A stretch of 64,000 nt of DNA from the human T2T-CHM13v2.0 reference genome, Homo sapiens. A program made the translations under genes and the position numbers. The notes under the pieces are model-generated. The model ran no database searches and had not been told where the DNA came from. It saw only the letters and a list, made by a program, of their open reading frames with translations. The DNA is taken from assembly GCF_009914755.1 (NCBI RefSeq), contig NC_060944.1; one strand, written 5' to 3'. This document shows, piece after piece, positions 13,451 to 28,077 of the stretch; positions within the stretch are counted from its first letter, which is position 1; each line of letters opens with the position of its first letter.

Positions 13451-14437
13451 TGGCTCTGCCCTACTCTCTGCGTGACTTCCAGTAAGGTCTTTCCCCGAAC
13501 TGAGGCTTTGTTTCTCGTTTACAAAATGGATATCATACTTGTATTAAATAAATGTTTACTAAGCGTTGAATCTGTGCTAGGGATACAGCAGGACTCAAGT
13601 CTCGTGGCGATGACAGCCTTCAATCAAACATCCAAAACTGCAGTTGTGATCATTGAGACGGAAAGGTACAAGGCACCCCAGATTATATCACAGGAGACCT
13701 GACCTAGCCCCAGGGCAAGGAACCTTTACTGAGGAGGTGAATATTGAGCTGAGATCAGAAAAAAGGATTTGACAAAGTGGGGAGGGAAGAGTTTTCTATA
13801 TGGAGACAGCCTCCAATTTCAGGTTCTGAAAGAGGCCGTTGTGGCTGGAACAGAGAGCTTGTGGGGGACCATTGTGTGACACAAGCTAAAGGGGTTGCCA
13901 GGAGTCAGACCGTGCAGGCTTTGTAGGTAATAGGAAGAATTCTGGTTTTTCAAGAACCATATGGGAAACCACTCAGAAGCTGACATGGGTGGTGTTGTGA
14001 TTAGATTGGCATTTTGAAAAGGTTACTGCTGTTGAATGGAGAATGGGTTGAGGAGCAAGCACTCTGAGTGAGGGACGATGGTAGCTTGGATTAGGGAGGT
14101 GGTGGAGAGAAGTGGATGGATGTGACTTTAGGTGTTCCAGGACTGTGAGGAACTCACAGAGCTGTCAGTGACAGGGGCTGGTAGACTGCAGAGTTCTATG
14201 CATATTTAATAAACGTTTTCCTAGCATCTCCTCTGTGCTAGGCCCTGTGCCAGCTGCTGGAGATATAGTGAATAGAATTACAGACTGGTGGAATTAGCAT
14301 GAAAGAAACGTCATTATCAAGGAGGAGCACACAGATGTCACAAGGGAAAATGGCTAATTGATGAGCTGTTATTGTAAATGGAATATCTGTTCATTCAGCA
14401 AATATTAAATACTTTCTGAATTCAGGATTACAAATAG

Positions 14438-14785
<348 letters not shown>

Positions 14786-14803
14786 TGATACGAATTATTT
14801 AGA

Positions 14804-15042
14804 GCAGAGTCTTTCAAACTTTTATGACTGTGACCTACAGTAACGAATACATTTTATGGCACAACCAAGTATACACACAAACACACAAAGCTCCAGAAAA
14901 CAGTACTTAGCTTTACTACTCATGATGTATTGTGATATTTCAAAAATTCTGTTATTTTCGTTTAAAAAATAATGCTGGTTGAGACCTTCACATTGATTTC
15001 CTAATCCACTAATGGATTGTGACTTGCAGTTTGGTGAAACAC
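14804..15042. mobile_element. hAT-Charlie family MITE (subfamily uncertain)
   Basis: Ends cagagtctttcaaact and tgcagtttggtgaaacac. Internal ccactaatgg...gtgac motif. Confidence 0.55.
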
Positions 15043-15173
15043 AAAGTGCTGATTCAGGGTAAGAGTCATTTGTGGTGGTTTTGAGGTAACAATGATAAAA
15101 TGTGCTCTTATTTTTGGAAAAGGATTGGTCTTCCTTTCTGCACTGCTTTATTTAAAGTAAAAAGGGTAAACAG

Positions 15174-15481
<308 letters not shown>

Positions 15482-16567
15482 TTAAACAGGCAGCTCGTTT
15501 TTCTGTGTGTGAAATTTTGACGTCTTGGCTAGATTGGAATTGCCTAGAGGGCAGTGACTGTCTTAATCTGTGATGTTTTTTGGGGGCCTGGCAAAGATCC
15601 TGGCACAATGCAGGCACTCAGTGAGTATTTGTTAAATTAGTCAGGTAGGTATCTTAGGACTAGAAGGTTGCATAATGGTTTGTTTACATTTGTTCATGTT
15701 GGTACCATTCTTGCCGATATCCCAGAGGCAATGTCTGGGATATTCAGAAGTAGGTAAAATAAGTGTACTAAGCTCTTTCTCTTCTGGCCAGCTTTCTCTT
15801 CCTAGGCTAGCTTTACCACCTGAATTCATTCTGGATGAATGGTCCAGAGCCACCACTGATTGTGGGCTCTTTGGGAAGTTGTTTCACTCCCTGGAGTTTA
15901 GGTTTTTTATGAGTGAAAGAAGAGGGGAGATTTGTGGTAGGAAAGCTCTCTAGACCCTGAACAAACTTTAGATGCTGAGCCTCCACTTGCTACCGTCTGT
16001 CCATTTCTGGGCCTTCCCTGAGGCTTATGGGAAACTGGATATGTACTTGATTTAATCTTTCCAAATCTTTTGGGATAGTTTTTTGGCAGAATTGTAGTTT
16101 TAAATGATGTAGGCATATAGTTTAGAGTGACCTGTCCAGGCATTTTCCACCCTCACCCTCTGTTGTGAGAAAGAGATCTGAGAAGATATTAAGAATGGAC
16201 GGTGGACAGAACACTGGCCTGCAGGCAGGGTATCCAGATTCTAATTTGGGTCCTGGTATGACCATGAGCATGTCACTTTTCTTTCACTGGTATCTTATAG
16301 CTGTGAAGTGAGTGTCCTTGCATGTTAAGCCAAAACACAAAAATCCTTTCCTTTAATCCTCGTTTTTCTCATCTGTAAACTCAATGCAGGGTTGTCATGA
16401 GGATTAAGGGAAATAATTATGTCAGGGGTCTAACTCAATATCTGGCACATACAGAATGCTTAGCAAATGAAGCATCTTTCCCCCACGTTCTGATTAACTC
16501 TGGTTTCTTTCTTTCTCAGCTGTTCATCAAAGAAAAAGGGTTCTTTTGGTCACCCACCACTGGCCCC

Positions 16568-17324
16568 ATGGCTGCCGTGCAGATGGATCCTGAGCTAGCC
16601 AAGCGCCTCTTCTTTGAAGGGGCCACTGTGGTCATCCTGAACATGCCCAAGGGAACAGAGTTTGGGATTGACTATAACTCCTGGGAGGTCGGGCCCAAGT
16701 TCCGGGGCGTGAAGATGATCCCTCCAGGCATCCACTTCCTCCACTACAGCTCTGTGGACAAGGCTAATCCGAAGGAAGTAGGCCCTCGTATGGGTTTCTT
16801 CCTTAGCCTGCACCAGCGGGGGCTGACAGTGCTGCGCTGGAGCACACTCAGGGAAGAGGTAGACCTGTCCCCAGCCCCAGAGTCTGAGGTGGAGGCCATG
16901 AGGGCCAACCTCCAGGAGCTGGACCAGTTCCTGGGGCCTTACCCATATGCCACCCTGAAGAAGTGGATCTCACTCACCAACTTCATCAGCGAAGCCACAG
17001 TGGAGAAGCTACAGCCCGAGAATCGACAGATCTGTGCCTTTTCCGATGTGCTACCTGTGCTCTCCATGAAGCACACCAAGGACCGCGTGGGGCAGAATCT
17101 ACCCCGCTGTGGCATTGAGTGCAAAAGCTACCAAGAGGGCCTGGCCCGGCTACCAGAGATGAAGCCCAGAGCCGGGACAGAGATCCGCTTCTCAGAGCTG
17201 CCCACGCAGATGTTCCCAGAGGGTGCCACGCCAGCTGAGATAACCAAGCACAGCATGGACCTGAGCTATGCCCTGGAGACTGTGCTCAACAAGCAGTTCC
17301 CCAGCAGCCCCCAGGATGTGCTTG
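16568..17324 (+). CDS. AAR2: AAR2 splicing factor, exon 2 coding part (exon 16520-17324; codons 1-252 + 1 nt)
   Basis: Acceptor tttctttctcag|16520, ATG at 16568 ([36 protein letters not shown]...[17 protein letters not shown]2 family), donor CTTG|GTGAGA, phase 1. Confidence 0.97.
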
Positions 17325-18203
17325 GTGAGAAGGAACAAGGCTCTTTGGGAGTGGGCCAAGGGGAGGATATTAGCAGAGGTGTTTTGGAATAGGGAGTACA
17401 TCTTGTGTTAGTCCAGCAGCAACTAAACCTGGCTAGGAGGCTGAAGATACAGGTGTGTCTTTACCCTTAGCCCTGGAGATTTCGATTTGAGAGATCTGGA
17501 GTGGGGCTTCCGCAGTTTCTATCTGTCTAATAAACAAACATCCTAGGTGAACCTGGTGCAGATAATCTTCTGTTTGGGAACCACTGATAGAGCCCAGTCC
17601 TACAGAAGGAAAAGATTTGGCCCACTGAGTGGCTGAACTGAGACGAGAACCCAGGACTCTTGGTTTCTGGGCCAGACCTGTGTTCGTTGTAGCCTCTCAC
17701 CTGCCTGCTCAGTTTGCTCCTGACCCTCAAGATGTTGGTCTCTCAACTGGCTTAGAACAGGACAGTGATTTTTTTTTTAATCATTACAGTTTTTATTGTT
17801 ACCTTCCCTTTTATTACAAAAATGATAGATAATAATCATAAAAGAAAAACAAAATTTACTTCAAATCTCACTACTTAGAAATAACCATTTAAACAGTTTG
17901 GTATATTTACGTTCCTTTTTTTCTGTGTATTTCTATGTATTTCATTTCAATGTCTTCTCTGTTTATTTCTATGTACTTCCTCTCAGTCTTAAAAATTCAG
18001 TATATGTGTCTGTATATATATGAGTTTTTATAAAAACAGGATTGAAGTATATTATTACTTTGTAATCTGCCTTAATATAAATGTTTTTTCATGTCACTAA
18101 CAGTCACTTTTTTAGTGGCTGTTTCATGTTCCATAGTTATTGGACCAGTTCTCTGTTATGGACCATTGAGATGCTCCCTGTTTTCTCTATTGTATCATCA
18201 AGT

Positions 18204-18498
<295 letters not shown>

Positions 18499-18842
18499 CT
18501 AGTGAACATTCTCGTGTGTACTTACACATACATTTAGGGATAGAATTGCTGGGTCAGACTGTGCATGTTGCCAGGAGAAGGTTTTTGCATCCTTGCTGGC
18601 TGGTAGGAACCTGTTGCCCATCACCTTTGACAGCATTGGGCATGACAGTTTAACAAAGGCCTCTTCCAATTGGATAGCTGAAAAATGGCACCTTGTTTAT
18701 ATTTCTTTATTTCTTAAATACTAGTGACAGCAAATATGTGTCACATTTTGAACAGCTATTTTTATATATATTTATAAATTTTCCAGGTAATTTGCATATT
18801 TTCTTGTTGGAAGTTCAGTGAGAAATTTGAATGTAGGACTTC

Positions 18843-19003
18843 TTTTTTTTTTTTTTTTTTTTTTGAGACAGGGTTTCGCTGTGTCGCCCAGGGTGGAGTA
18901 CAGTCAGTCACACAATCATGTCTTACTGCCACCTCAACCTCTCGGGCCCAAGTGATCCTTCTGCCTCGGCTTCCCAAAGTGCTGGGATTACTGTGCCTAG
19001 ACA
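18843..19003 (-). mobile_element. Monomer-length Alu (left/right arm hybrid)
   Basis: Right-arm 3' end joined directly to the left-arm 5' sequence ctcggcttcccaaagtgctgggatta. TSD aggactt. Confidence 0.75.
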
Positions 19004-19061
19004 GGACTTTTTATATCATTGGCTCAGCTAATGATATAACCTATATTTTAACAGGTACATC

Positions 19062-19063
19062 TT

Positions 19064-19107
<44 letters not shown>

Positions 19108-19391
19108 GAGACGGAGTCTTGCTCTGTCGCCCAGGCTGGAGTGCAGTGGTGTGAGTTCGGCTCACTGCAAGCTCCGCCTCCCGGGTTCACGCCATTCTCC
19201 TGCCTCAGCCTCCTGAGTAGCTGGGACTACAGGCGCCCGCCACCACGCCCGGCTAATTTTGTTTTGTATTTTTAGTAGAGACAGGGTTTCACCATGTTGG
19301 CCAGGATGGTCTCGATCTCCTGACCTCATGATCCACCTGCCTCAGCCTCCCAAAGTGCTGGGATTACAGGCGTGAGCCACCGCACCCAGCC
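19062..19391 (-). mobile_element. AluY-like with (TTG)n tail
   Basis: caagctccgcctcccgggttcacgccattctcc. TSD tttaacaggtacatctt. Confidence 0.93.
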
Positions 19392-19544
19392 TTTAACAGG
19401 TACATCTTAATGCATTAGTATTTTCGTATAATAAGTAACTTTTAAAAGTCTGGCTTAAAAATGAATAGAAATCCTGTCTTTCTACCTCTTAAACATTTCA
19501 ATTCTTCAAAATATATCTTGCGAAAAGGTCTGTTACAGGAATAA

Positions 19545-19848
<304 letters not shown>

Positions 19849-20890
19849 GGGATAATTTTGAATCTACATCACACCTCTTTGAAAAATATAATTTAATTTT
19901 AGATAAAGTCAGAAATGCACAAATTTAATAAATGTCCTAAACGCAAATAATAGGCTAATATTTAGTTTCACAAACCAAGTAAAGCCAGCTGAAGAAGCAA
20001 ATCATTAACCTATATTATACAAAGAAAATTTGACTATATTTGAAAATATTGGTCAGAAATCCAAAATTTCTAAACCAGGTAGCTATTCACACAAATCAAA
20101 CTTAGTTCCGTATGCTTAGGAACAGGGAGCTAGTTTTTCCAGGTCTCTGGAGGTGGCACAGATCAAACGCCATGCATTTAAAGAGGTATTTGGTGTTGAG
20201 TACATCTCTTCTTTTTATGGCCCACATGTATGTATACCTCATTAAATTTCCAGCCACCTTTGAAGTAGAGAGAATGCCTGTGATGAGGAGCAGTATTCTG
20301 TGGTAACCAGAGACCCAGTTACTTGCCCAGGGACAGTGGTGTCTGGATCATCAGGTCTCTGTTTGAGATGGGCATCTGATAGAAATTGGGAACATAATAT
20401 TTTTTGAGTGCTACTTTGTGCCAGGTCTTATTCTAAATGCTATACATGTACTATATCCATTCATGTAATCTTTGCTACAACCCTCAAATAAGGAAATTGA
20501 GGCCTTAATAGATTGAGTAACTTGCCCAAGGTCACACAGCTGCTAAGTGGCAGAGCTAAGATTTGAAGCTAGGCAGTTTGGCTCCAGAGCCCATGCTCTT
20601 AGCCACCAAGCTGCTCATAGAGATTAAATCACAGAGCCCTGTGGTTAAGCAAACAAAAATAATCTGCCTGGCAGGCTGACCCTGGAATAAGTACTCATGA
20701 ATTTTTCTTTTGTGGGAGGTTCCAGAACTGTTCCCACCCAATGGAGAATCTGTTTTATCTTTCCGTTGCCCACATTGTGAAGCATTAGATGTGTGGCCTT
20801 GGGCAAGCCCTTGACCTTATCTATGAAATGAGGCAAATACCATCTTCCTGATCGCCTTGTGGAGTTGGGCTGAGGGTTACATGGTATAGT

Positions 20891-21075
20891 GCAGTATTTC
20901 CTGACCCTGGAGCAGACCATCCACATTAGAATCACCTGGGGAGCTTGTTAGAGCTACAGATACGAAGGCCCCATCATCTCTCCTCCACCAGAACCTCTGA
21001 GGGTGAAGCTTGGGTAGCTTTACTTTTAACAGACTCTCAGTGATTCTGATGGGCAGCCAGGTTTGAAATCCACTT
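20891..21075. mobile_element. MER5A/B (hAT-Charlie)
   Basis: cacattagaatcacctggggagcttgtta...gtgattctgatg...ggtttgaaatccact. Confidence 0.75.
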
Positions 21076-21395
21076 GGCATAATATCCATGAACACATTTT
21101 GTAAACTTAAAATGCCAGGCAAATACTGGGAATACCTCTTCTCTAGCAGTCTGATTTTATAGAAATCCAAAGCCACAGGTTGGTTTCCCATGGCTTGAAT
21201 TCATAGCGGTTCAGCAGACATCTATTGAGTACCTGTTAGGTGCAAAATCTCCTGCCAGGCTCTGCAGGAGTGACAAGGATAAAAGCTCATCTGTTGCTGA
21301 GGTCCAGTGGAATTCATGGCCTTGTGAATAGTGATGGAGAGTGTCAGCTGGTCCTCCTCTCCCTCAGAATCACTTCTCCTCTCTGCACCTTTCAG

Positions 21396-21625
21396 GTGAA
21401 CTCCAGTTTGCTTTTGTGTGCTTCCTGCTGGGGAATGTGTACGAGGCATTTGAGCATTGGAAGCGGCTCCTGAACCTCCTGTGCCGGTCAGAAGCAGCCA
21501 TGATGAAGCACCACACCCTCTACATCAACCTCATCTCCATCCTGTACCACCAGCTTGGTGAGATCCCCGCTGACTTCTTCGTAGACATTGTCTCCCAAGA
21601 CAACTTCCTCACCAGCACCTTACAG
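21396..21625 (+). CDS. AAR2: AAR2 exon 3 (230 nt; [23 protein letters not shown]...DNFLTSTLQ)
   Basis: Acceptor ctttcag|GT, donor CAG|GTGAGC. Phase 1 in, phase 0 out (757+230=987 nt = 329 codons). Confidence 0.97.
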
Positions 21626-22437
21626 GTGAGCAGTCTTTCTGACTGAGCTGATGCACATGTGGGTCAGAATTGAGGCAACAGTATGTGTTTTGTTTCTCGC
21701 TATTCTTCCATGACCCCAAAATTTTTAAATTTCAGTTTCCTAGTCTTGGGATATTTCCTGCTTTTCTCTCTCTTACTCAATTGTAAGTGCCTCTATGCCA
21801 GAAATTTTCTCTCTGTACCACCCTCTCCCTACACCTCGTCCCCAGAGTGCCTAACACTGGGGTACTTGGATTTGAATTCCTCCCACTGCTTTGGTTTACT
21901 CAGCTTAAAACAGCGTTTCTTTCTCCCTGTAGCCATGAATTGCTACAACCCAGTAAAGCAGAATTTTGAAGTTTGTTATTCCCAGTGAAACATCTGCAGC
22001 TCCTTAGATCTCATTTAAGCATTAAAATAACTTTGATTTCCTGTTCAAACAAAATGTGCCAGTTTCTGCAGAGATTCTATGACAGAAAAAGTGAAATTTG
22101 CTTTTAACTTGGCAATTAAATTTTCATTATGAGTGGTAATTAGGAAAGAAGCTTCAAACAACTTACAATCTTCATCCTATGCTATTTCCTCCCTTTGCAA
22201 ACAGATTAGTCCTTTATGTACTTGGGACAGCCTCTGTCACTCACATTGTGTAACTTTCTCAAGAATAGAAGAGGCAGAAGCTGCCACTGTCAGTTTCCAT
22301 ACTTTCCCTCCCATGAGCTTCTTTCTTCTCCCTGTGTGTAATACCCCCATGAGGCCTGCTCCATATAAGGCAGCCTTTCACCAACCTTCCAATCCCACTC
22401 GGGGTAACAGAAGGGACGAGCATTCGTTAAATATTGG

Positions 22438-22721
22438 GGCTGGGCGTGGTGGTTCATGACTGTAATCCCAACACTTTGGGAGGTGAAGGCAGGAGGATCA
22501 CTTGAGCCCAGGAATTAAAGACCAGCTTGGGCAATATAGTGAGACCCCGTCTCTCCAAAAATTAAAAAATTGGCCAGGTATGGTCATGTGCACCTGTAGT
22601 CCTAGCCACTTGGGAGGCTGAGACAGGAGGATCACTTAGCCCAGGAGTTTGAGGCTATAGTGAGCAATGATTATGATCGTGCCACTGCACTCCAGCCTGG
22701 GCAACAGAGTGAGACCCTGTT
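22438..22721 (+). mobile_element. AluJ
   Basis: Dimer, tail lost. Confidence 0.88.
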
Positions 22722-23783
22722 CACTCATTGAATCCCTTTGGAGCCTTGTAAGATGGGGGTATTATTCCCATTTTACAAATGGGAACACTTGAGAATGGTT
22801 AAATCACTTACTTGAAGTCATACAGCTGGCAGGTGGAGGTCAGGATTTGTACCCAGGCCTGAGTCTTGGTTTCCTGCCTGTGCTTATGCCCTTGTGTAGT
22901 GAACACAGTGTGAATCCCCCAGAAAGGATTCTTGATTGACATCAGTGAAGACTTCATCGAGGTCCTGTTTCTCAGAGGTACAGAACGCTTTTCTAAAGCC
23001 AACCTACTGTTGGATGAGTCCCTGTGAGCAGGCATCTGACTTAAAGCTGGCAGTTGAAGGACCTGTGTAAACCATGGCAATGAGTCAGTCAAGCGCATGA
23101 TTTGAGCCTGGTCTGTTCCACTCAGAAGAGCTATAAAACTGTCCTTTTACTGGTTCTTCATATAACAGAGAAATTAAACCCCTTTGTCCTTCCTCTGTGG
23201 GGAAAATTTTCCCCAAAGGTACTGGTTATGGGTTGTGAGGCAGTGTGAGGAGGCATTAGCCTGCTAACTTGCCTCTGGCAGTGGCTGCTTCCCTCCTGAT
23301 GCACGTTGATGCGTCGCACAGACACAGGAGGGCCACGGTGTTGCTGGCTGTCCAGACCATTGTTAGCACAACCAGCAGCTGAGCTCTATAATTGCCAGGC
23401 TTTGTTGCCAGCAATGATTTACAAAGCAGAAAGTGCCCAGCTGGATTGCTAGATGCCCAGGTGGGTTGTGCAAAGCTGATGGTTGGAAACATTCAGTCTT
23501 TGAACTTTTCACCAAGAAAATTCGATGTCATTATTTGGAAAAATCCAGGGCATGTGCCAAAACAAAACAAAACAAAACAAAAAACACATGTCTTTGAGCA
23601 TTCTTCATATATAACATTCTACTGAAAGTGTTGAGGAATATATATACATGTGAGTTAGCCAGGGTTCCTGCCCTCAAGGGATTTGTTCATTGATTTAGCA
23701 GGTAATTGCTGAGCATCTGCTGTATAGAAGACTCTGTTCTAGAACTGGGAATATAGCTGTGAGCAAGACAGAGTCATTGTCTT

Positions 23784-23887
23784 GACTCTTGTAATTTGAG
23801 AAAGTTAACAGAAAGTTAACTAGCCAAGTAACTCCAGATAGCAGACTCTTGTATTTTGAGAAAGTTAACAGAAAGTTAACTAACCAA
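23784..23887. repeat. 60-bp tandem duplication, each unit containing 2x AGAAAGTTAAC
   Basis: Units start at 23784 and 23844. Confidence 0.9.
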
Positions 23888-24283
23888 ATAGCAGTAAGCA
23901 GGTAGCAGTAAGTGTTTTAGAAGGCAGTCCTGCCCTAGTACCATTTCCCTAGCCCCGGCCTTTTGGTCTCACCTAGACTGCATCGGAGTTTACCAGCCTC
24001 CGTGCTTACCAGTTACCCCATCTCTCTCCCACACTGCCACCTGAGGTGCTGCTCCATAATGCAGCTGTGATCCTGCTTCTCTGTGGCTCCTCATTGCGTG
24101 GAAAATTAAAAGCCTAAACATTGGTCGCAAAGGCCATTCTGATCTGGCTTCTTATCCTGTTCTCCAGCTTCTCTTTCCTCTCCGTTTTCCCCCATCAACT
24201 CCAGCAACAGTGGTCTCTTTGCAGGTTCCTGGACAGGTTATGCTGTTTCATGCTTTTTAAAAAAAAAAATTGTTGTAAAAAAC

Positions 24284-24590
<307 letters not shown>

Positions 24591-25021
24591 ATTGTGGTAA
24601 AAAAAAACACAATTTAACATATATGCCCTCTTAACAGATTTTCAGTGTTCAGTACAGTATTAACCATAAGCATCATGCCATCCAGCAGATCTCTAGAACT
24701 TCTTCATCCTGCATAATTGAAACTTTATACCCATGTTTCATACCTTCTTGCCGGAACCTGATTTTCCCTCTCCCTGGTACATATTTGCTCATTCTACAAC
24801 ATGCCCTCAAGGCATCCCTCTCTGTCAAGCCATCCCTCCTCTCTCTGTCTCAATCTCTGTCTCTCTTTCACTCTCCCCTTTCCCTACTCTTAGCTTACTT
24901 TGAACTTGTCGCTATTATATTGCATGAGATGTGCTTGCTGAAACTAATATATTGTCTGCCTGACTCCCGCACTGAGTCATGGGCTCCTTTTACACGAGGC
25001 CTATTTTTTGTTCATCTGGTT

Positions 25022-25287
<266 letters not shown>

Positions 25288-27557
25288 CACATCTGGTTAT
25301 CATCAATATGTTGTCAAGGCCTAACATTTATGTCATTTGGTGTTATTGGGTGTTTTTAGATGGATAGAGTTCATAATTCTTGTGACAATGTAAATATCAT
25401 AGGTATAAACAGTGGAGTCTGATCAAAGGGCGTTAGGAGCACCAAAGAGGGAGTGGTTAATTCTGACTGGGGTTGAGATTTGAGGCTTTATGCAAGGGTG
25501 GAAGGTGGGGGCATTTGACCATGCACTTGAGGGATGACTGAGATTTCAAAAGGCACAATGTGGAGAAGGATATTGTAAAACTTTTTTTTTTTTTTTAATG
25601 GAGAGTCACGTTGATGCCATGTTGGCAGTGAGAGTCCAGTTCTCCACACAGAGGCATTCACTCAGGGCATTTGTGACTGAATGAATCAGCCCATAAAAGC
25701 CTTCCTCAGCCAGCCGCCTGCCCTCCCAGGTAGTCAAGTAAGTGGAACTGGCTGTCTTACTTAGGAGCTTAAATGGCTACTACCCATGGAGAGGGACTGG
25801 TGTTTGTGTGTGTGAGCACTTAAAGACAGCCACATTAGCATGGATAAAATCAGCCGCGTAATGGAATTCTCTTAGCCATTAATTTTTTTTCAACTTTCCC
25901 ATGTGAGGCCCTTTTGAATAGAAGCCACTGGTTTTTACAAATCCCTTGGATTTCACTTGAATAAAAGGGATTTGTTTTACAAAAATAGATGCAGTTTTTT
26001 CTTTTATTTAAAGCAACGTAAGTCACCATAATTCATTTAAAACCAATGAAAGGATAATCTGAATTTAATGATATGTTAGAAAGTGAGTTATGTACAAAAT
26101 AAGGATTTTTATTGTTGATTACGTAGTACTTAGGCATATAGTCATCTAACCTGTTTTTAAAAATACTTCTAGTTACAATAGGCCGTATATGCTTTCCAAC
26201 TTCCTTTGTTGCTAGTATTCTAAATGTGTGTTCATCTTTAACTCTTGAGGGAAAACACCAACTCTGACGATGAGGTCTATGGTATTTTTATCACGATGCC
26301 CACTATGATAAATTTGCCTGCCTACTCCTACACCTCTTGCCATTAGCTATCTCTTTTGCATGCTTAGTCTCATTGAGCCCTCACAACAGTGCTAGAAGCT
26401 AGGTCTCTAATCCCATTATATAGATGAGGAAGCAGGCTCAGGAAGGTCACATAATTTGCTCAAAATCAACAGAGCTAGTGAAAGGCAAGGCTGAGCTTTA
26501 CATTCTAAAGCCTATGGTGGGCTCCTGTATATGATTAGAGCCCCAGATGAAACATCCCAGATTTTTCAAACTGACCTCAGGTGATCTCATTTATGCTGCT
26601 TTTTACCTTCCTGGTCATCATTGTGAAACAATAGTCTTGCTTTTAACACCACTTTCTTCTGCTGCAAGTGGAAACAAAATCTTCTACCTATTGCTAGTTT
26701 CATTCTAAGTTGAATAATTATTTGGGAATTGAAAAAATTAGGAAATGTCATCTTTTTGGTCTAGCTAAAAAAATAGGATAAGATAGTGACATAGCTACCT
26801 ACCTTGATATTTTGAATTTCTCGAGGTGACCTAACTGAACTCAATTTATTTAACTTAGGTTTAAGAAAAGCTTTCACATGTGTGACTAAAGTAATTTAGA
26901 ATTTCATAATACACAGATTAAATGATTAAAGTGTTCATGCTTTATTTTGTGTTTGAAGAAAAACACCCAGTAGGTGTGCTTTTTGTTTTAGATAAATGCA
27001 TTTGTTTGCAAAATATTATCCTATTTCAAAAGTATTTTTTAAATATTCAGTATTGATATGCTGAGATTAAGGTGATTTATGTCCCAGTGACGTTAAAAAG
27101 TGTTGACTTGATTTTGTTTTAGTGAATAAAATAACTAGACCACTGTTAAGTTTCCTGAAGAAGGCGTAAAATTAATCTGAAAATAAAAGAATCAGAATAA
27201 GTTATTGCTTGGAAACTAAGTACTATTTAGACATCTTCATTTCTGAATTGTGAGGAGTTTTTACAAATACCAAGTTTGTGAAACTGTGGTCAAAAATAGA
27301 CCAGGAAATGCCAGGGGGTAGGGGTGAAGGAAGGGTTTGACTGCTAAGGGGCCGCACAAGGGAGCTGTTTGGTGTGATGGGATGGCTCCATGTCCTGATT
27401 GGGGTGACGGTTACACAAATTTATACGCACCTTCAAACTCAGAACTGGATACCAAAAGCAAAGCAAACACTGTGAACATGTATCATATGGTGGTTGCATG
27501 GGGGTATATATATATTTGTCCAGATTAACTAAGCATTTAAAATTGATGAATTTACTA

Positions 27558-28077
<520 letters not shown>

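Noticed and set aside
16397-16567. ATG at 16397 giving the 331-aa ORF in the track
   Set aside because: It lies in intron 1 (MIR-like sequence) upstream of the 16520 acceptor. The ORF's end also runs past the 17324 donor.
23784-23887. Repeat-spacer-repeat resembling a CRISPR unit
   Set aside because: Only two units in eukaryotic intronic DNA, explained by simple tandem duplication.
26264-26298. CTGACGA-tga...tca-CGAT hammerhead-like motif
   Set aside because: The required GAAA is GATG, and stem II is only 3 bp.
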